Shown: positions 9,697 through 19,402 of the stretch, piece by piece
Layout: every line of letters starts with the position of its first letter
Position numbering within the stretch: position 1 is the first letter of the stretch
From: Candidatus Woesearchaeota archaeon
GTDB lineage: Archaea > Nanobdellota > Nanobdellia > Woesearchaeales > JABGXB01
NCBI GenBank assembly: GCA_018675975.1
Contig: JABGXB010000003.1
Span: 267,821 to 331,820, forward strand
DNA length: 64,000 nucleotides
Direction of reading: 5' to 3'
The notes under the pieces: model-generated
What the model saw: only the letters and a program-made list of their open reading frames with translations
Databases searched by the model: none
Told to the model about the DNA's origin: nothing
Translations under genes and position numbers: made by a program

Positions 9697-9775
9697 AAAT
9701 GTAGTGGTTAAATTTCAAATTTATGTTTAATTATTTAAACTGTCGTTGGTTAAATCAATAAATGTAGTGGTTAAA
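9697..9775. repeat. direct repeats aaatgtagtggttaaa (9697..9712 and 9760..9775) plus a degenerate third copy cgttggttaaa (about 9743..9753)
   Basis: 16-bp exact direct repeat read in the sufT / tRNA-Met intergenic region; relatively GC-rich for this genome. Confidence 0.6.
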
Positions 9776-9873
9776 AATAAAATATATTTTTTATTAATGT
9801 AATTATCGTTAAATAAAGAAGTAAATATAGAAATTAAAAGAATATTTGAATCATCATAAATTTATATAATAAA

Positions 9874-9948
9874 TAGCGGAGGAAGGATTTGAACCTTCGA
9901 CCTTCGGGTTATGAGCCCGATGAGCACTCCAGACTGCTCCACCCCGCT
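9874..9948 (-). tRNA. tRNA-Met (CAT), archaeal initiator-like (A1:U72, AGCGGGG acceptor)
   Basis: Reverse complement folds as a cloverleaf: acceptor agcgggg/ctccgct, anticodon loop ctCATaa, T-arm gaagg ttcaaat ccttc; no encoded CCA. Confidence 0.8.
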
Positions 9949-10148
9949 ATAATTCTCAGACTTATTAACTATTTATAAAGATTTCTTTGATATTATTTTT
10001 TTTCTATTAAATAATATTCATTCATATTAAAAGATTAAACTCCACACATAAAAAGATTTCAATAAAACAAAATAGAATTGAAAAGTTTTCAATTACATTG
10101 AAATGTTTTTTAACAAGTTTATTTTAAACTAAATGTGTATATGAATTT

Positions 10149-11102
10149 ATGAAAACAAAAAAAACTTTAACTAATTTAGTTTTATCAAGTTTAATTTCAC
10201 TAACGGCTTTTTCTTATAACCCAATGGATACTGGCTATATAGATAATTATAATTTTTATACAAAAAGTGATGCCAGAGAATATATTGTAAAAGAAGAAGC
10301 TGCACTATTAAAACATAGAGCTAAAACAACTAAGAATGAAAATTATAATTTAATTGCAGAAAAATTATTAGACAATATTGAATTAATGAGTAAACAAGCA
10401 TTTCGAGATTTTGAAAAAATACAATTACCTGGGGTACAAATAATTTTAAGTAGTAAAAATTTTGAATCTAGAGTTCAAAATGCATATTTAAAACTAAATG
10501 AAAATTTCCAATTAGATCCGGAATTAAATCAAGCAATAAATAATTTTAATACTTATGAAATAAAAAAATATATTGAAAATCAAAATTTATCAAAAAGAAA
10601 AGATTTAAATTCAGCACAATTAGAATTATTAAATAAATATTCAAAAACAATTAATTCATTTTTATCAGAAAATTATGAAACATTTTCACAAAAATCTTTA
10701 AGTTTACTTTCAAATTATGATTTTAATACACTTGAATTTAAACAATTTAATGATATTCAATATAATACAGTTGATTTAATGTATAAAAAATCAATTGGTG
10801 CATATAATGATACAATAGATAAATTATCTCAAAGCCCATTTGAATCAAAAATATTTAATCAAGTAATTGGTTTAAGTAATAGCATGTTCGGTTTTTTTAA
10901 TAAATTAGATAAAAAATATGGAGTAACAGATAATTTTAAATTTATAATAAATAAAATTGAAACTTATGTAAATGATCAAAATAAAAAAAGAAAAGAAAAA
11001 ATCCAATTAGAATTTATAGATGAAAAAGCACAGTATAATGGAGGAGATTTAAAATATAAATTTCATATCGATAGAGACTCTATATTTCAAAAAATGTTTT
11101 AG
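10149..11102 (+). CDS. hypothetical secreted protein
   Basis: 317 aa; N-terminal signal peptide MKTKKTLTNLVLSSLISLTAFS; N/K/Q-rich. Confidence 0.5.
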   Translation: MKTKKTLTNLVLSSLISLTAFSYNPMDTGYIDNYNFYTKSDAREYIVKEEAALLKHRAKTTKNENYNLIAEKLLDNIELMSKQAFRDFEKIQLPGVQIILSSKNFESRVQNAYLKLNENFQLDPELNQAINNFNTYEIKKYIENQNLSKRKDLNSAQLELLNKYSKTINSFLSENYETFSQKSLSLLSNYDFNTLEFKQFNDIQYNTVDLMYKKSIGAYNDTIDKLSQSPFESKIFNQVIGLSNSMFGFFNKLDKKYGVTDNFKFIINKIETYVNDQNKKRKEKIQLEFIDEKAQYNGGDLKYKFHIDRDSIFQKMF

Positions 11103-11149
11103 CCATTAAATTTATAAAAGATTTGCCTACCTTAGTTGTATAAGTCTAA

Positions 11150-11232
11150 GCTGAGGTCGCATAGTCTGGTATTGCGCCGGATTGCTAATCCGGTTCCTTC
11201 GGGAAGCGTGGGTTCAAATCCCGCTCTCAGCG
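11150..11232 (+). tRNA. tRNA-Ser (GCT)
   Basis: Acceptor gctgagg/tctcagc, anticodon loop ttGCTaa, long variable arm ttccttcgggaa, T-arm gtggg ttcaaat cccgc; followed by a T6 run. Confidence 0.85.
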
Positions 11233-11356
11233 TTTTTTATTTATTTTATTATAGTCATCTATACTAAAAAAATCCAAATATATATTATGGATTTGAACTA
11301 AAAGTTCACTTTCAAATGCTCTGCATTTGAAAGGTCGAAAATAAATATTTTCAGAC

Positions 11357-11374
11357 AATCCCGCTCTCAGCGTT
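11357..11374 (+). repeat. exact 18-bp copy of the 3' end of tRNA-Ser(GCT) (aatcccgctctcagcgtt; original at 11217..11234), also followed by a poly-T run
   Basis: Read directly; 140 bp downstream of the original; a perfect 11-bp hairpin (11309..11333) lies between the two copies. Confidence 0.85.
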
Positions 11375-11422
11375 CTTTTTTTAATAATAATATTTTATAA
11401 ATTAACAAATCATAAAAATAAT

Positions 11423-11695
11423 ATGAGAACTTCTTTATATAAAAATGCAATTGAATGTTCAAATGCTCTTGATGAAAAATTAAAAGAATTTGAATTAAAA
11501 TTAATAAATCCTAAAGATCATTTTGGAAGAGATTTAACTTCTTTTGAAAAAGGAAAATTAGCATATATAAGTCACCTTCCTAATCAAGAATTAAATATAT
11601 TAAATATGGGTCCTCCAAAAAAATTTTATGAAAGATTCAAATATAATTTAGGACAATTATTTGCATCTTTTGTAGATTCATATAATATAGATTAA
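11423..11695 (+). CDS. hypothetical small protein
   Basis: 90 aa ORF with normal composition; no recognised motif. Confidence 0.35.
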   Translation: MRTSLYKNAIECSNALDEKLKEFELKLINPKDHFGRDLTSFEKGKLAYISHLPNQELNILNMGPPKKFYERFKYNLGQLFASFVDSYNID

Positions 11696-11711
11696 AATTC
11701 TACAATATTTT

Positions 11712-13850
11712 TTAAAGATTTTTTTTATTATTATATTCTTTAATTTTACGAGACTGTTCTAAAAGAGTTTCTTCTTTTTCTTTTAATTTAAAATCAACAA
11801 AAGCAGATTTAAAATCCCTAACTAAATATTTATCATCTTTTGAATCAATATTATATTTAGAAATAATCATTTGTGATTGAGGCAAACCAATTTTATATGC
11901 TCTAGATAATTGTTGTTGAGTTAAATATGTTTCTTGAGAATTTATTTCTTTTATTCTTTCAATAATTTTATCTCTTTGTTCCCAATATTTATCTATAAAT
12001 TTTGCAGGATTAAAAAGAGGATCTGACATACCATTTAAAGGAATTAATGCACCCTCATAAGTAACTGCTTTTTTTGCTTTTTCTTCCTTTTTTTTACCAT
12101 GAACATCAATTACGGAATAAAATTCCTTTTCAGTTAAAATTGTATTTAATTCATCTTGATTATCTAAAATAAATTGTCCATATTCAGTAAGTGCATTTTT
12201 AATAGATTCTTGAGTTCCACCAGTAAATTTTGTTAATACAAGACCCGTATATCTTTGACCTTGTCTATATTTTTTTTGTCCTTCTAAAACCGTAAAAAAA
12301 CTAGACCAATTTAATGTTCCAAAATAAGTTTGAAGTACTAATAAATGTGTTTTCGAATGTGGCTCTTTTAAAAAATCCAAATAATCTTTATCAGTCAATA
12401 CATATTCATTACTATTAATTTCTTTATTTTCAGATTCAATTTCTTTTTGAGTAGCACCATCAAGAACAATTGCAGCTAAATCTTTGATTCCATTTTCAAT
12501 ATTATTATCTACAACTTCATCTGAAATAATAGAAACTAAACCTTTCTTTTTATTTTCTGATTCTACTTTATCTTTTAAAAATTGTTTTTGTCCATCTAAA
12601 ATTTTATCTCTATCATACCAAAAATAATCCATAAAATCTTTCAATACGTATTGTTCATTTTCATCAGGTTTAATATCAATACTTTCAAATATTCTATGAA
12701 ATTCTTTTCTTGTAATAGTGCTTTTCATCAGTAATATTGTTTTTAAATCTTCTTTTAAATAAGAATTATTTAATTGATCGTTATTTGTTTCATAAAAATT
12801 ATCTCTATTTTCTATGGAACTTAAAATTGCTTTTTCCTTTCCAACTAAATCAAAACATTCTCGTAAAGAAACACCAAAGTAATTTCCATCTTTTTTAAAT
12901 AAATTATCTAAATCAAAAGATTTAGTAAATTGTAATCTATCTTTATCTAAAATTTGATTATAAATTGCAAATAAAGTATACTTATTATGAGTTTGCTTAT
13001 AAAATTCATCTAATTTTTCAGATTCAAAAGTATTCTTTTCTAATGATTCAATAATAGCATGTCTTTTATCCCAATGATAATCAATAAAACCATGTAATGT
13101 AAAAACTCTTTGTTCGTATTCATCTTTAAAAATTTCTGACGAAATACTTTGAAAATGACTTTTAAAATTTCTTTCTGTAATATTAATTGCATCCATTACT
13201 ATTTTTCGAACATATCTTCGAGTTAATTTTTTACTTAAAACAGTTTCATATTCTTTTAAAAAAGTGTCTCTTCTTTCAATTGCTGCTTCAACATCTTTTT
13301 TCTTACCAGTTAAATCTCTATGTTTAAACAATAAACTTCCTAAATAATCACCCTCTTTATTTTTTTTCCCAAATCTAATTAATGGAGTAAAACTTGAAAT
13401 AGGTTTATCTGTAACTTCATTAAAAATTGCATATAATTCGTGTTTTGGATGATAAGTATTAAAAAATGTTTTTTCTTCTTCTTTTGGACTCTCTTTAACA
13501 ACTTCAGATTTTACATCCTTACTTTCGACTAAAGTCTCTAAAGCAATAGGAGCTTCAACAATAGGAATTTGAACAACAGGCTTAGATTTAATTTTTCTTT
13601 TCTCTTTTTTAACTTTGTCTTCAGTTTCAATATCTTTTTTTACATCATCTATATTTCTACTACTTGCCCTTAATAAAAAAGTCTCTAATGAAATTTTTGA
13701 TTGAGTTTCAACACTATCTTTTTCAACTGGTGTTTCTTTTCCCATTGTTTTATTTACAAAAAGAGTAAACGGACTGATTTCATTAGACTCGATCATTACT
13801 ATTGAGTTAAAAATAACAATTATAAACATTATACCAAATAAAAGATACAT
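11712..13850 (-). CDS. hypothetical membrane-anchored lysine-rich protein with three internal repeats
   Basis: 712 aa; N-terminal TM helix, K/E-rich linker, then three repeats each ending DYHWDKRHAII / DYFWYDRDKIL / DKYWEQRDKII; last gene of the gatD-gatE string. Confidence 0.5.
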   Translation of the reverse strand: MYLLFGIMFIIVIFNSIVMIESNEISPFTLFVNKTMGKETPVEKDSVETQSKISLETFLLRASSRNIDDVKKDIETEDKVKKEKRKIKSKPVVQIPIVEAPIALETLVESKDVKSEVVKESPKEEEKTFFNTYHPKHELYAIFNEVTDKPISSFTPLIRFGKKNKEGDYLGSLLFKHRDLTGKKKDVEAAIERRDTFLKEYETVLSKKLTRRYVRKIVMDAINITERNFKSHFQSISSEIFKDEYEQRVFTLHGFIDYHWDKRHAIIESLEKNTFESEKLDEFYKQTHNKYTLFAIYNQILDKDRLQFTKSFDLDNLFKKDGNYFGVSLRECFDLVGKEKAILSSIENRDNFYETNNDQLNNSYLKEDLKTILLMKSTITRKEFHRIFESIDIKPDENEQYVLKDFMDYFWYDRDKILDGQKQFLKDKVESENKKKGLVSIISDEVVDNNIENGIKDLAAIVLDGATQKEIESENKEINSNEYVLTDKDYLDFLKEPHSKTHLLVLQTYFGTLNWSSFFTVLEGQKKYRQGQRYTGLVLTKFTGGTQESIKNALTEYGQFILDNQDELNTILTEKEFYSVIDVHGKKKEEKAKKAVTYEGALIPLNGMSDPLFNPAKFIDKYWEQRDKIIERIKEINSQETYLTQQQLSRAYKIGLPQSQMIISKYNIDSKDDKYLVRDFKSAFVDFKLKEKEETLLEQSRKIKEYNNKKNL

Positions 13851-13873
13851 ATTAAAAAATACACATTAAAAAA

Positions 13874-15754
13874 TTAATTAAATATTTTAGAAACTTCTTT
13901 TGAAACAATAGTTGGATTAACTTTACCTTTTAATTTGCCCATTAAAATACCCATTAATTTTCCACGATTAATATTAGAATCAGATTTCATTTCAAAATCA
14001 ATAATTTCTTTTATTTTTTTAATTGCTTCACCATCATCTAATAATTTATATTTTTTAGAAATAATTTCAATAGTAGAATTAGTATTTAAAAATTCTAAAA
14101 TAATATCATAAATACAAGCGTGATCAATTTTATTTTCATTCCACAACTCAAAAATAAATCTAGCCATATCTAAATCCCAATTAAACTCTAAATTATCTTT
14201 ACGTCTTAATTCTTTTGGAATGGATAAAAACTTTTCTGCAATACTTGATGATTTTAAATTTTTATTATCTTTAATTAATTCTTCAAAAATATTATTAGAA
14301 TAATCTTTAGAAATATCACGCGCAAGATCTTCACCTAAACCTAAAGATTTATATCGGTTAATTTTATCATCAATTAATTCAGGTAATTCTATATTACTAA
14401 TATCAGGAATAATACTTTTAACATCAGTTTCAGGATACATTCGAGAAGATCCTGGAATCGGTCTCATATAAACACTTGTAAACGTTTTCACTACAGCTCT
14501 AACTTCATCAATTACCCCAATTTTAATTGCCATTCTTGCACGTCTATATGCAGCAAATAAAGCTAAAATAACTTTTTCTTTTTTATCTGCACAAATTATG
14601 AATGCATCTTTTTCTTTACAATTTAATTCATCAATAATATGATTAACTTGAAAATTTTCAATTCCGTATTTTGGCAATTCATCACTATGAAAAATACCAC
14701 CAACACCAGATTCAACTTTTGCATAATCAGATAATTCAGAACCCAATCTACGATTATCTTGAATTTCACATCCTAAAAAACCTTTAAAACAATTTAATTT
14801 AATACCATAAACAACTCCATTATTATCTAAAGCAGAATTAATTACCTTGCTATCAGAGTTCTTAAAAATATCAGATAAATCAAAAATTTCTACATCTTCA
14901 AAATCATTTATATTATCATATTCAACTAATTCTTGATGACCATTAAACATTTTACTTAATTCATGTTTAATTTTATTAAGATTTATTTGTCTTAGAATTT
15001 CACTATCTATAATAATTTGTAAATTTTTTAAATCTTGAGCACCCTTTAACTCAACACGATTTCCACCATGAATTGAAATATTTAAATCTTGTCTAATTGT
15101 ACCAAGACCTCTTTTAACTTTATTCGTACTTCTAAGTAGCATTCCAATTTGGCTTGCAATTTGTTTTGCATGTTCAGGTGTTTTAATAGAAGCATCAGTT
15201 GAAATTTCAATTAAAGGAATACCTTGTCTATCTAATCTATAATCAATAGAATTATTATTTTTTGCTATATCCTTACAAGCATCTTCTTCTAATAAAATTG
15301 AATCAATATTTACATTTCCTATTTCATTTTTTAAAATACCATCACTTGCAATTAAACTAGTTCTTTGAAAACCACTAGTAACTGAACCATTAGCAATTAT
15401 TTTTCTCATTACTTCAATTCGTTTTACAATTTTTGCATTAACAAGTTTTGAAAAAACTAAAACAACATTTAATGCATCTTTATTTAAATCATGAGGAGGC
15501 TCCTCATCTAATTCCACAGAACAAGTTGTATCATAATAACCCTGATAATTATAAATTAAATTTTTTTGCATTTCAACTTTAGCTGCCACATCCATATCCC
15601 CTGACTCACCAGAACTAGCATGCATTTTTCTAGTTATTATAAAATCAGGCTCATCATCTCGCAATATAGAAGGACAATTACAAAACAATTTATTAGTATT
15701 TAATTGCTGATGAATTTCAATACCAATTTTTAAATTTAATTTATTATAATCCAT
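13874..15754 (-). CDS. gatE: Glu-tRNA(Gln) amidotransferase subunit E
   Basis: 626 aa; N-terminal LKIGIEIHQQLNTNKLFCNCPS characteristic of archaeal GatE; follows gatD. Confidence 0.85.
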   Translation of the reverse strand: MDYNKLNLKIGIEIHQQLNTNKLFCNCPSILRDDEPDFIITRKMHASSGESGDMDVAAKVEMQKNLIYNYQGYYDTTCSVELDEEPPHDLNKDALNVVLVFSKLVNAKIVKRIEVMRKIIANGSVTSGFQRTSLIASDGILKNEIGNVNIDSILLEEDACKDIAKNNNSIDYRLDRQGIPLIEISTDASIKTPEHAKQIASQIGMLLRSTNKVKRGLGTIRQDLNISIHGGNRVELKGAQDLKNLQIIIDSEILRQINLNKIKHELSKMFNGHQELVEYDNINDFEDVEIFDLSDIFKNSDSKVINSALDNNGVVYGIKLNCFKGFLGCEIQDNRRLGSELSDYAKVESGVGGIFHSDELPKYGIENFQVNHIIDELNCKEKDAFIICADKKEKVILALFAAYRRARMAIKIGVIDEVRAVVKTFTSVYMRPIPGSSRMYPETDVKSIIPDISNIELPELIDDKINRYKSLGLGEDLARDISKDYSNNIFEELIKDNKNLKSSSIAEKFLSIPKELRRKDNLEFNWDLDMARFIFELWNENKIDHACIYDIILEFLNTNSTIEIISKKYKLLDDGEAIKKIKEIIDFEMKSDSNINRGKLMGILMGKLKGKVNPTIVSKEVSKIFN

Positions 15755-15759
15755 TTTAA

Positions 15760-17058
15760 TTATCTTAAAAAAGAATCCTTATTTATATGATTATCAATTT
15801 CACCCTTTAAATTTTTATTATATAATTCAAGAATTTGACTCAAATCTATATTTTTACTCAATAAATAAGCAATTTTACAAAAAGCAGTTTCTATAGTTGT
15901 ATCCATTAAATGTCCAGCAATATTTAATTCGCTTAATTTTCTACCAGTAGAATAAACATTTTGATTAATTCTTCCATAAATAGTTTGTGCTGTAAAAATA
16001 ATTGGAATTTTTTGACTCATATTTTTTATCCAATCATAAAATTTATTATGATTTATTGTAAAGTTATCAATTTCATTAATTGGCATATTCCCAATACCAA
16101 CAGAACATATAATTAATGCATCAAAATTATTATACATTTCAAATTCATCTATATGCATATTGGGATGAATATATAAGATTCCAATTTTTAAATTAGAATT
16201 TAATTTAATTAATTTATTTTCAATTTTCTTATAATAATTATATTTTTCAAATTCATATGTTTTTGAAATTTTATCTTCAATCACATTTACACTTGCAAGT
16301 TCAATAGAATTAATTTGTCGAAACGCACCTCTAAAAGTTGTATGCATTTTTCTTACATTAACACCTTTTAAAATGTGACAAATATTATCTGATTCATTTT
16401 TATGCATACAAATAAAGATTCCTGATTTATCATATGTAGATAAAAATTTACTTGCTGCAGCCATATTAATATAAGCATCACTACTTCCCCTATCACTACT
16501 TCTTTGAGCACCAACAATTACAACTGGAATAGTTAAATCCTCAAACATAAAAGAAAGTGCCGCACTAGTATAATGTAAAGTATCCGTACCATGAGTAATT
16601 ATAACACCATCATAATGATTTTCAACTGCTAACTTTATTTCTTCTGCAATTAAATTATAATGATCAAATCTCATATCTTCAGACCACATTGCAGCTAATA
16701 ATTTAGTATCAAAATTACAATATTTATGCATTAAGCTAAACATATTTAATAATTCTTCAGGAGTTATTTTACTAATTACACCACCTGTTGCATAATCAAC
16801 CTTTGAAGCAATCGTTCCACCAGTATGTAATATTAAAATATTTTTCTTATCAGACGAATGAGAAAATAAATTTTCAATTTCTTTTGAATTATTTTGACTA
16901 TTTTTTTTTATAATTTCAAGTTTAGAACTTGCAGGTAAAGAAATATTATAACCTGAAGATAATTTTAAAACAATAAAATCTCCATCTTGTTTAATAAAAA
17001 TACCTTCATATAATTTACCATCATTTTCAATTTGTATAAAATCTTTAAATTCTGCCAT
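15760..17058 (-). CDS. gatD: Glu-tRNA(Gln) amidotransferase subunit D (asparaginase-like)
   Basis: 432 aa; asparaginase signatures ILHTGGTIAS and ITHGTDTL; N-terminal GatD-specific extension. Confidence 0.85.
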   Translation of the reverse strand: MAEFKDFIQIENDGKLYEGIFIKQDGDFIVLKLSSGYNISLPASSKLEIIKKNSQNNSKEIENLFSHSSDKKNILILHTGGTIASKVDYATGGVISKITPEELLNMFSLMHKYCNFDTKLLAAMWSEDMRFDHYNLIAEEIKLAVENHYDGVIITHGTDTLHYTSAALSFMFEDLTIPVVIVGAQRSSDRGSSDAYINMAAASKFLSTYDKSGIFICMHKNESDNICHILKGVNVRKMHTTFRGAFRQINSIELASVNVIEDKISKTYEFEKYNYYKKIENKLIKLNSNLKIGILYIHPNMHIDEFEMYNNFDALIICSVGIGNMPINEIDNFTINHNKFYDWIKNMSQKIPIIFTAQTIYGRINQNVYSTGRKLSELNIAGHLMDTTIETAFCKIAYLLSKNIDLSQILELYNKNLKGEIDNHINKDSFLR

Positions 17059-17105
17059 AGAAATAGTTTTATTTAATGATTTTTAAATATTGTGACTATT
17101 AATAT

Positions 17106-18089
17106 TTAATTAAGCAATAAAGAAGTATCATATCCTGATAATTTATCCAAATCTAATAAATAATTATAAAAATCTTCAAAAGCAAGTCTTTGTGTAATAT
17201 CATCAGATTCAGCATATTTCTTACACCTATCAATCATATTTTTTAATCTATGATCTAAAAAATCCGTATTGGCACCAAAATCATTTTTATATAATACAGA
17301 ATGAATATCATACTTGGTATTCATCATACTGTAAAAACAACCAACAGCAAAATAAAATGTTCCATGTTCACTTAAATTATTATCTTCATAAAAATCCATT
17401 ATTAAATCAAATGTATCAGCATTAATCAATTCCATATTTGAATGACCAATCATTAAAGATCTAAAAGTGTGTTCCATTTTTGAAACAAGACAAGTGCCAT
17501 AATTTTCAGAATTATTATCTTGAATAAAATCATCAATATAATTTTTATCTGAAAATAAACCACCTTCAAATTTTTTTGTTAACTCAAATATAAATTTAGC
17601 ATGTTCAAAATTAATCCTAGAATCCTCTTTGTAAATCTGAGAGGCTTTTTCATAAAAATCATTACTTTCTCTTAAATGATTTGGAAACATATTTCCATCC
17701 AATTCCAAATAAGCCTTTCCTAAAGATAATAAAATATTTTTTTCTAATTCAGAATTTTTTTGGCCATGAAATATATAAGAAAGATGTAAATGTTTAATTT
17801 CACTCAATGGATCTTCATCATTAGAACATGATTTTGACCGTCTGTATAAATATAAAGCTTGTTCACCTCTTTGAAAAATAGGATATGTATATATTAAATC
17901 ATTAATTTCATTTTCTATATTAAATTTTAAATTCGTATGATAATCTTCACCATTAATTAATTCATGTTCAAGTACTTTGTAAAATGCACGAGAATAACAT
18001 TTTAATGAATCCTCAAAGTAACATTCAATCATAAATTCTCTGGCATGATTTAAAGTTGTAATTATTTGCTGTTTAATTCCTACTTCCAC
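17106..18089 (-). CDS. hypothetical protein
   Basis: 327 aa ORF; no recognised motif. Confidence 0.4.
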   Translation of the reverse strand: MEVGIKQQIITTLNHAREFMIECYFEDSLKCYSRAFYKVLEHELINGEDYHTNLKFNIENEINDLIYTYPIFQRGEQALYLYRRSKSCSNDEDPLSEIKHLHLSYIFHGQKNSELEKNILLSLGKAYLELDGNMFPNHLRESNDFYEKASQIYKEDSRINFEHAKFIFELTKKFEGGLFSDKNYIDDFIQDNNSENYGTCLVSKMEHTFRSLMIGHSNMELINADTFDLIMDFYEDNNLSEHGTFYFAVGCFYSMMNTKYDIHSVLYKNDFGANTDFLDHRLKNMIDRCKKYAESDDITQRLAFEDFYNYLLDLDKLSGYDTSLLLN

Positions 18090-18111
18090 AACTCATACCA
18101 AAATCATGTAT

Positions 18112-18678
18112 TTATAAAGGTTTAGAAAATAATTTATTTTTAAATTCAGTCAATTTTTTATCATAATGTAATTTTAAAATATATTGTGATAAGTAATGAA
18201 ATCTAAATTTAAAATCAGTAACATATTTTAAAAATTCATTCCAATTACACTCAATTACTTTTATTTTTTCTCCATTATCTAATGATTGATCATATTTTTT
18301 AATACAATTTTTTGCAATATAAAAATGACAATTCCATTTAATTTTCCCATCTTTATTAAACACTTTAAACAATTTCCAATCATTTGAAACAAAACCACTC
18401 TCTTCTTTTAATTCTCTTTTTGCTGCTTGTAATGGAGTTTCTCCATTATCAATTCTACCACCAAAACAACCATGAACCCAATTATTCATACTAGGTTGAG
18501 TTTCATAAGGAATACATATTTTATTATCTTTTATTGCCAAAATTTGAACACCATCTGCTGTAACTGCAGTTTCAAAATATCCAACTTTACCATCATACAT
18601 TTTTTCTTTCCAAGAATAAATATCAATAAATTTACCAGAATATTTTTTTTTCAAATTATTTTTTTTATTAAAACTCAT
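18112..18678 (-). CDS. Nudix hydrolase
   Basis: 188 aa; Nudix box GGRIDNGETPLQAAKRELKEESGF (GX5EX7REUXEEXGU). Confidence 0.8.
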   Translation of the reverse strand: MSFNKKNNLKKKYSGKFIDIYSWKEKMYDGKVGYFETAVTADGVQILAIKDNKICIPYETQPSMNNWVHGCFGGRIDNGETPLQAAKRELKEESGFVSNDWKLFKVFNKDGKIKWNCHFYIAKNCIKKYDQSLDNGEKIKVIECNWNEFLKYVTDFKFRFHYLSQYILKLHYDKKLTEFKNKLFSKPL

Positions 18679-18711
18679 AAAATAAATTAGACTTTTGCAA
18701 TTATAAAATTA

Positions 18712-19335
18712 TTATTTTTTAAAATCTTTTAAAACCATTTCTAATAAATCAGAATTACAATTAAATTTTTTTATTAATTCATGCTCAATATGTCTATTCC
18801 ATTTATAATTTTTCAAATAAACAGGTATTCCTTCATTTGCACATTCTAATGCATACCTTTCTGAATCTTCAACTATAAAAAGTCCATTATTTATTTTAAT
18901 TAATTCTGGTTTAGTAGGTCCATATCCATGATAATATTTTGTTGCAAAAAGTACTTTTTCAACTGAAGGAAAATGTAAACGGATATAATTTTCAGTATCT
19001 CCATATGTATCCATTAATCGACTAGTTAAACATTGAATTCTAAAATATTCAGACAAATCATTAATACAATTTTGTGCATGTGCAATTGGTATTAAATTTG
19101 TATAAGCACCATTTTTGATATATTTCTGAAAAATACTTATTACATATTTAGAATCATGATTAGTGTGAGTAGTAATATCAGCAGATTTTAAATTTTCAAA
19201 TAAAAGTCTATCATTACCAACTAAACCATGATATTCATTCCAAAAATTACAAAAATCAGGTAATAAATGCACTAAAACTTCATCAATATCAAAAAAAATT
19301 AATTTTTTAGAATTATCATTTAAATCAAATTTCAT
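18712..19335 (-). CDS. HAD-superfamily 5'(3')-deoxyribonucleotidase-like (NT5C/YorS-like) protein
   Basis: 207 aa; N-terminal LIFFDIDEVLVHLLPDF resembles the DMD(G/E)VLADF motif of the NT5C family. Confidence 0.45.
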   Translation of the reverse strand: MKFDLNDNSKKLIFFDIDEVLVHLLPDFCNFWNEYHGLVGNDRLLFENLKSADITTHTNHDSKYVISIFQKYIKNGAYTNLIPIAHAQNCINDLSEYFRIQCLTSRLMDTYGDTENYIRLHFPSVEKVLFATKYYHGYGPTKPELIKINNGLFIVEDSERYALECANEGIPVYLKNYKWNRHIEHELIKKFNCNSDLLEMVLKDFKK

Positions 19336-19402
19336 ATTTCAAAATAAAATAAGTTTTTTATAAAATTATGTTATTACTAATTAAATAATTAATATAAATT
19401 GA

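Noticed and set aside
11270-11360. Possible minus-strand tRNA suggested by GGATTTGAAC (the reverse complement of a T-arm) between the tRNA-Ser repeats
   Set aside because: No acceptable acceptor or anticodon stems could be paired by hand around it. It is more likely a tRNA fragment or coincidence.
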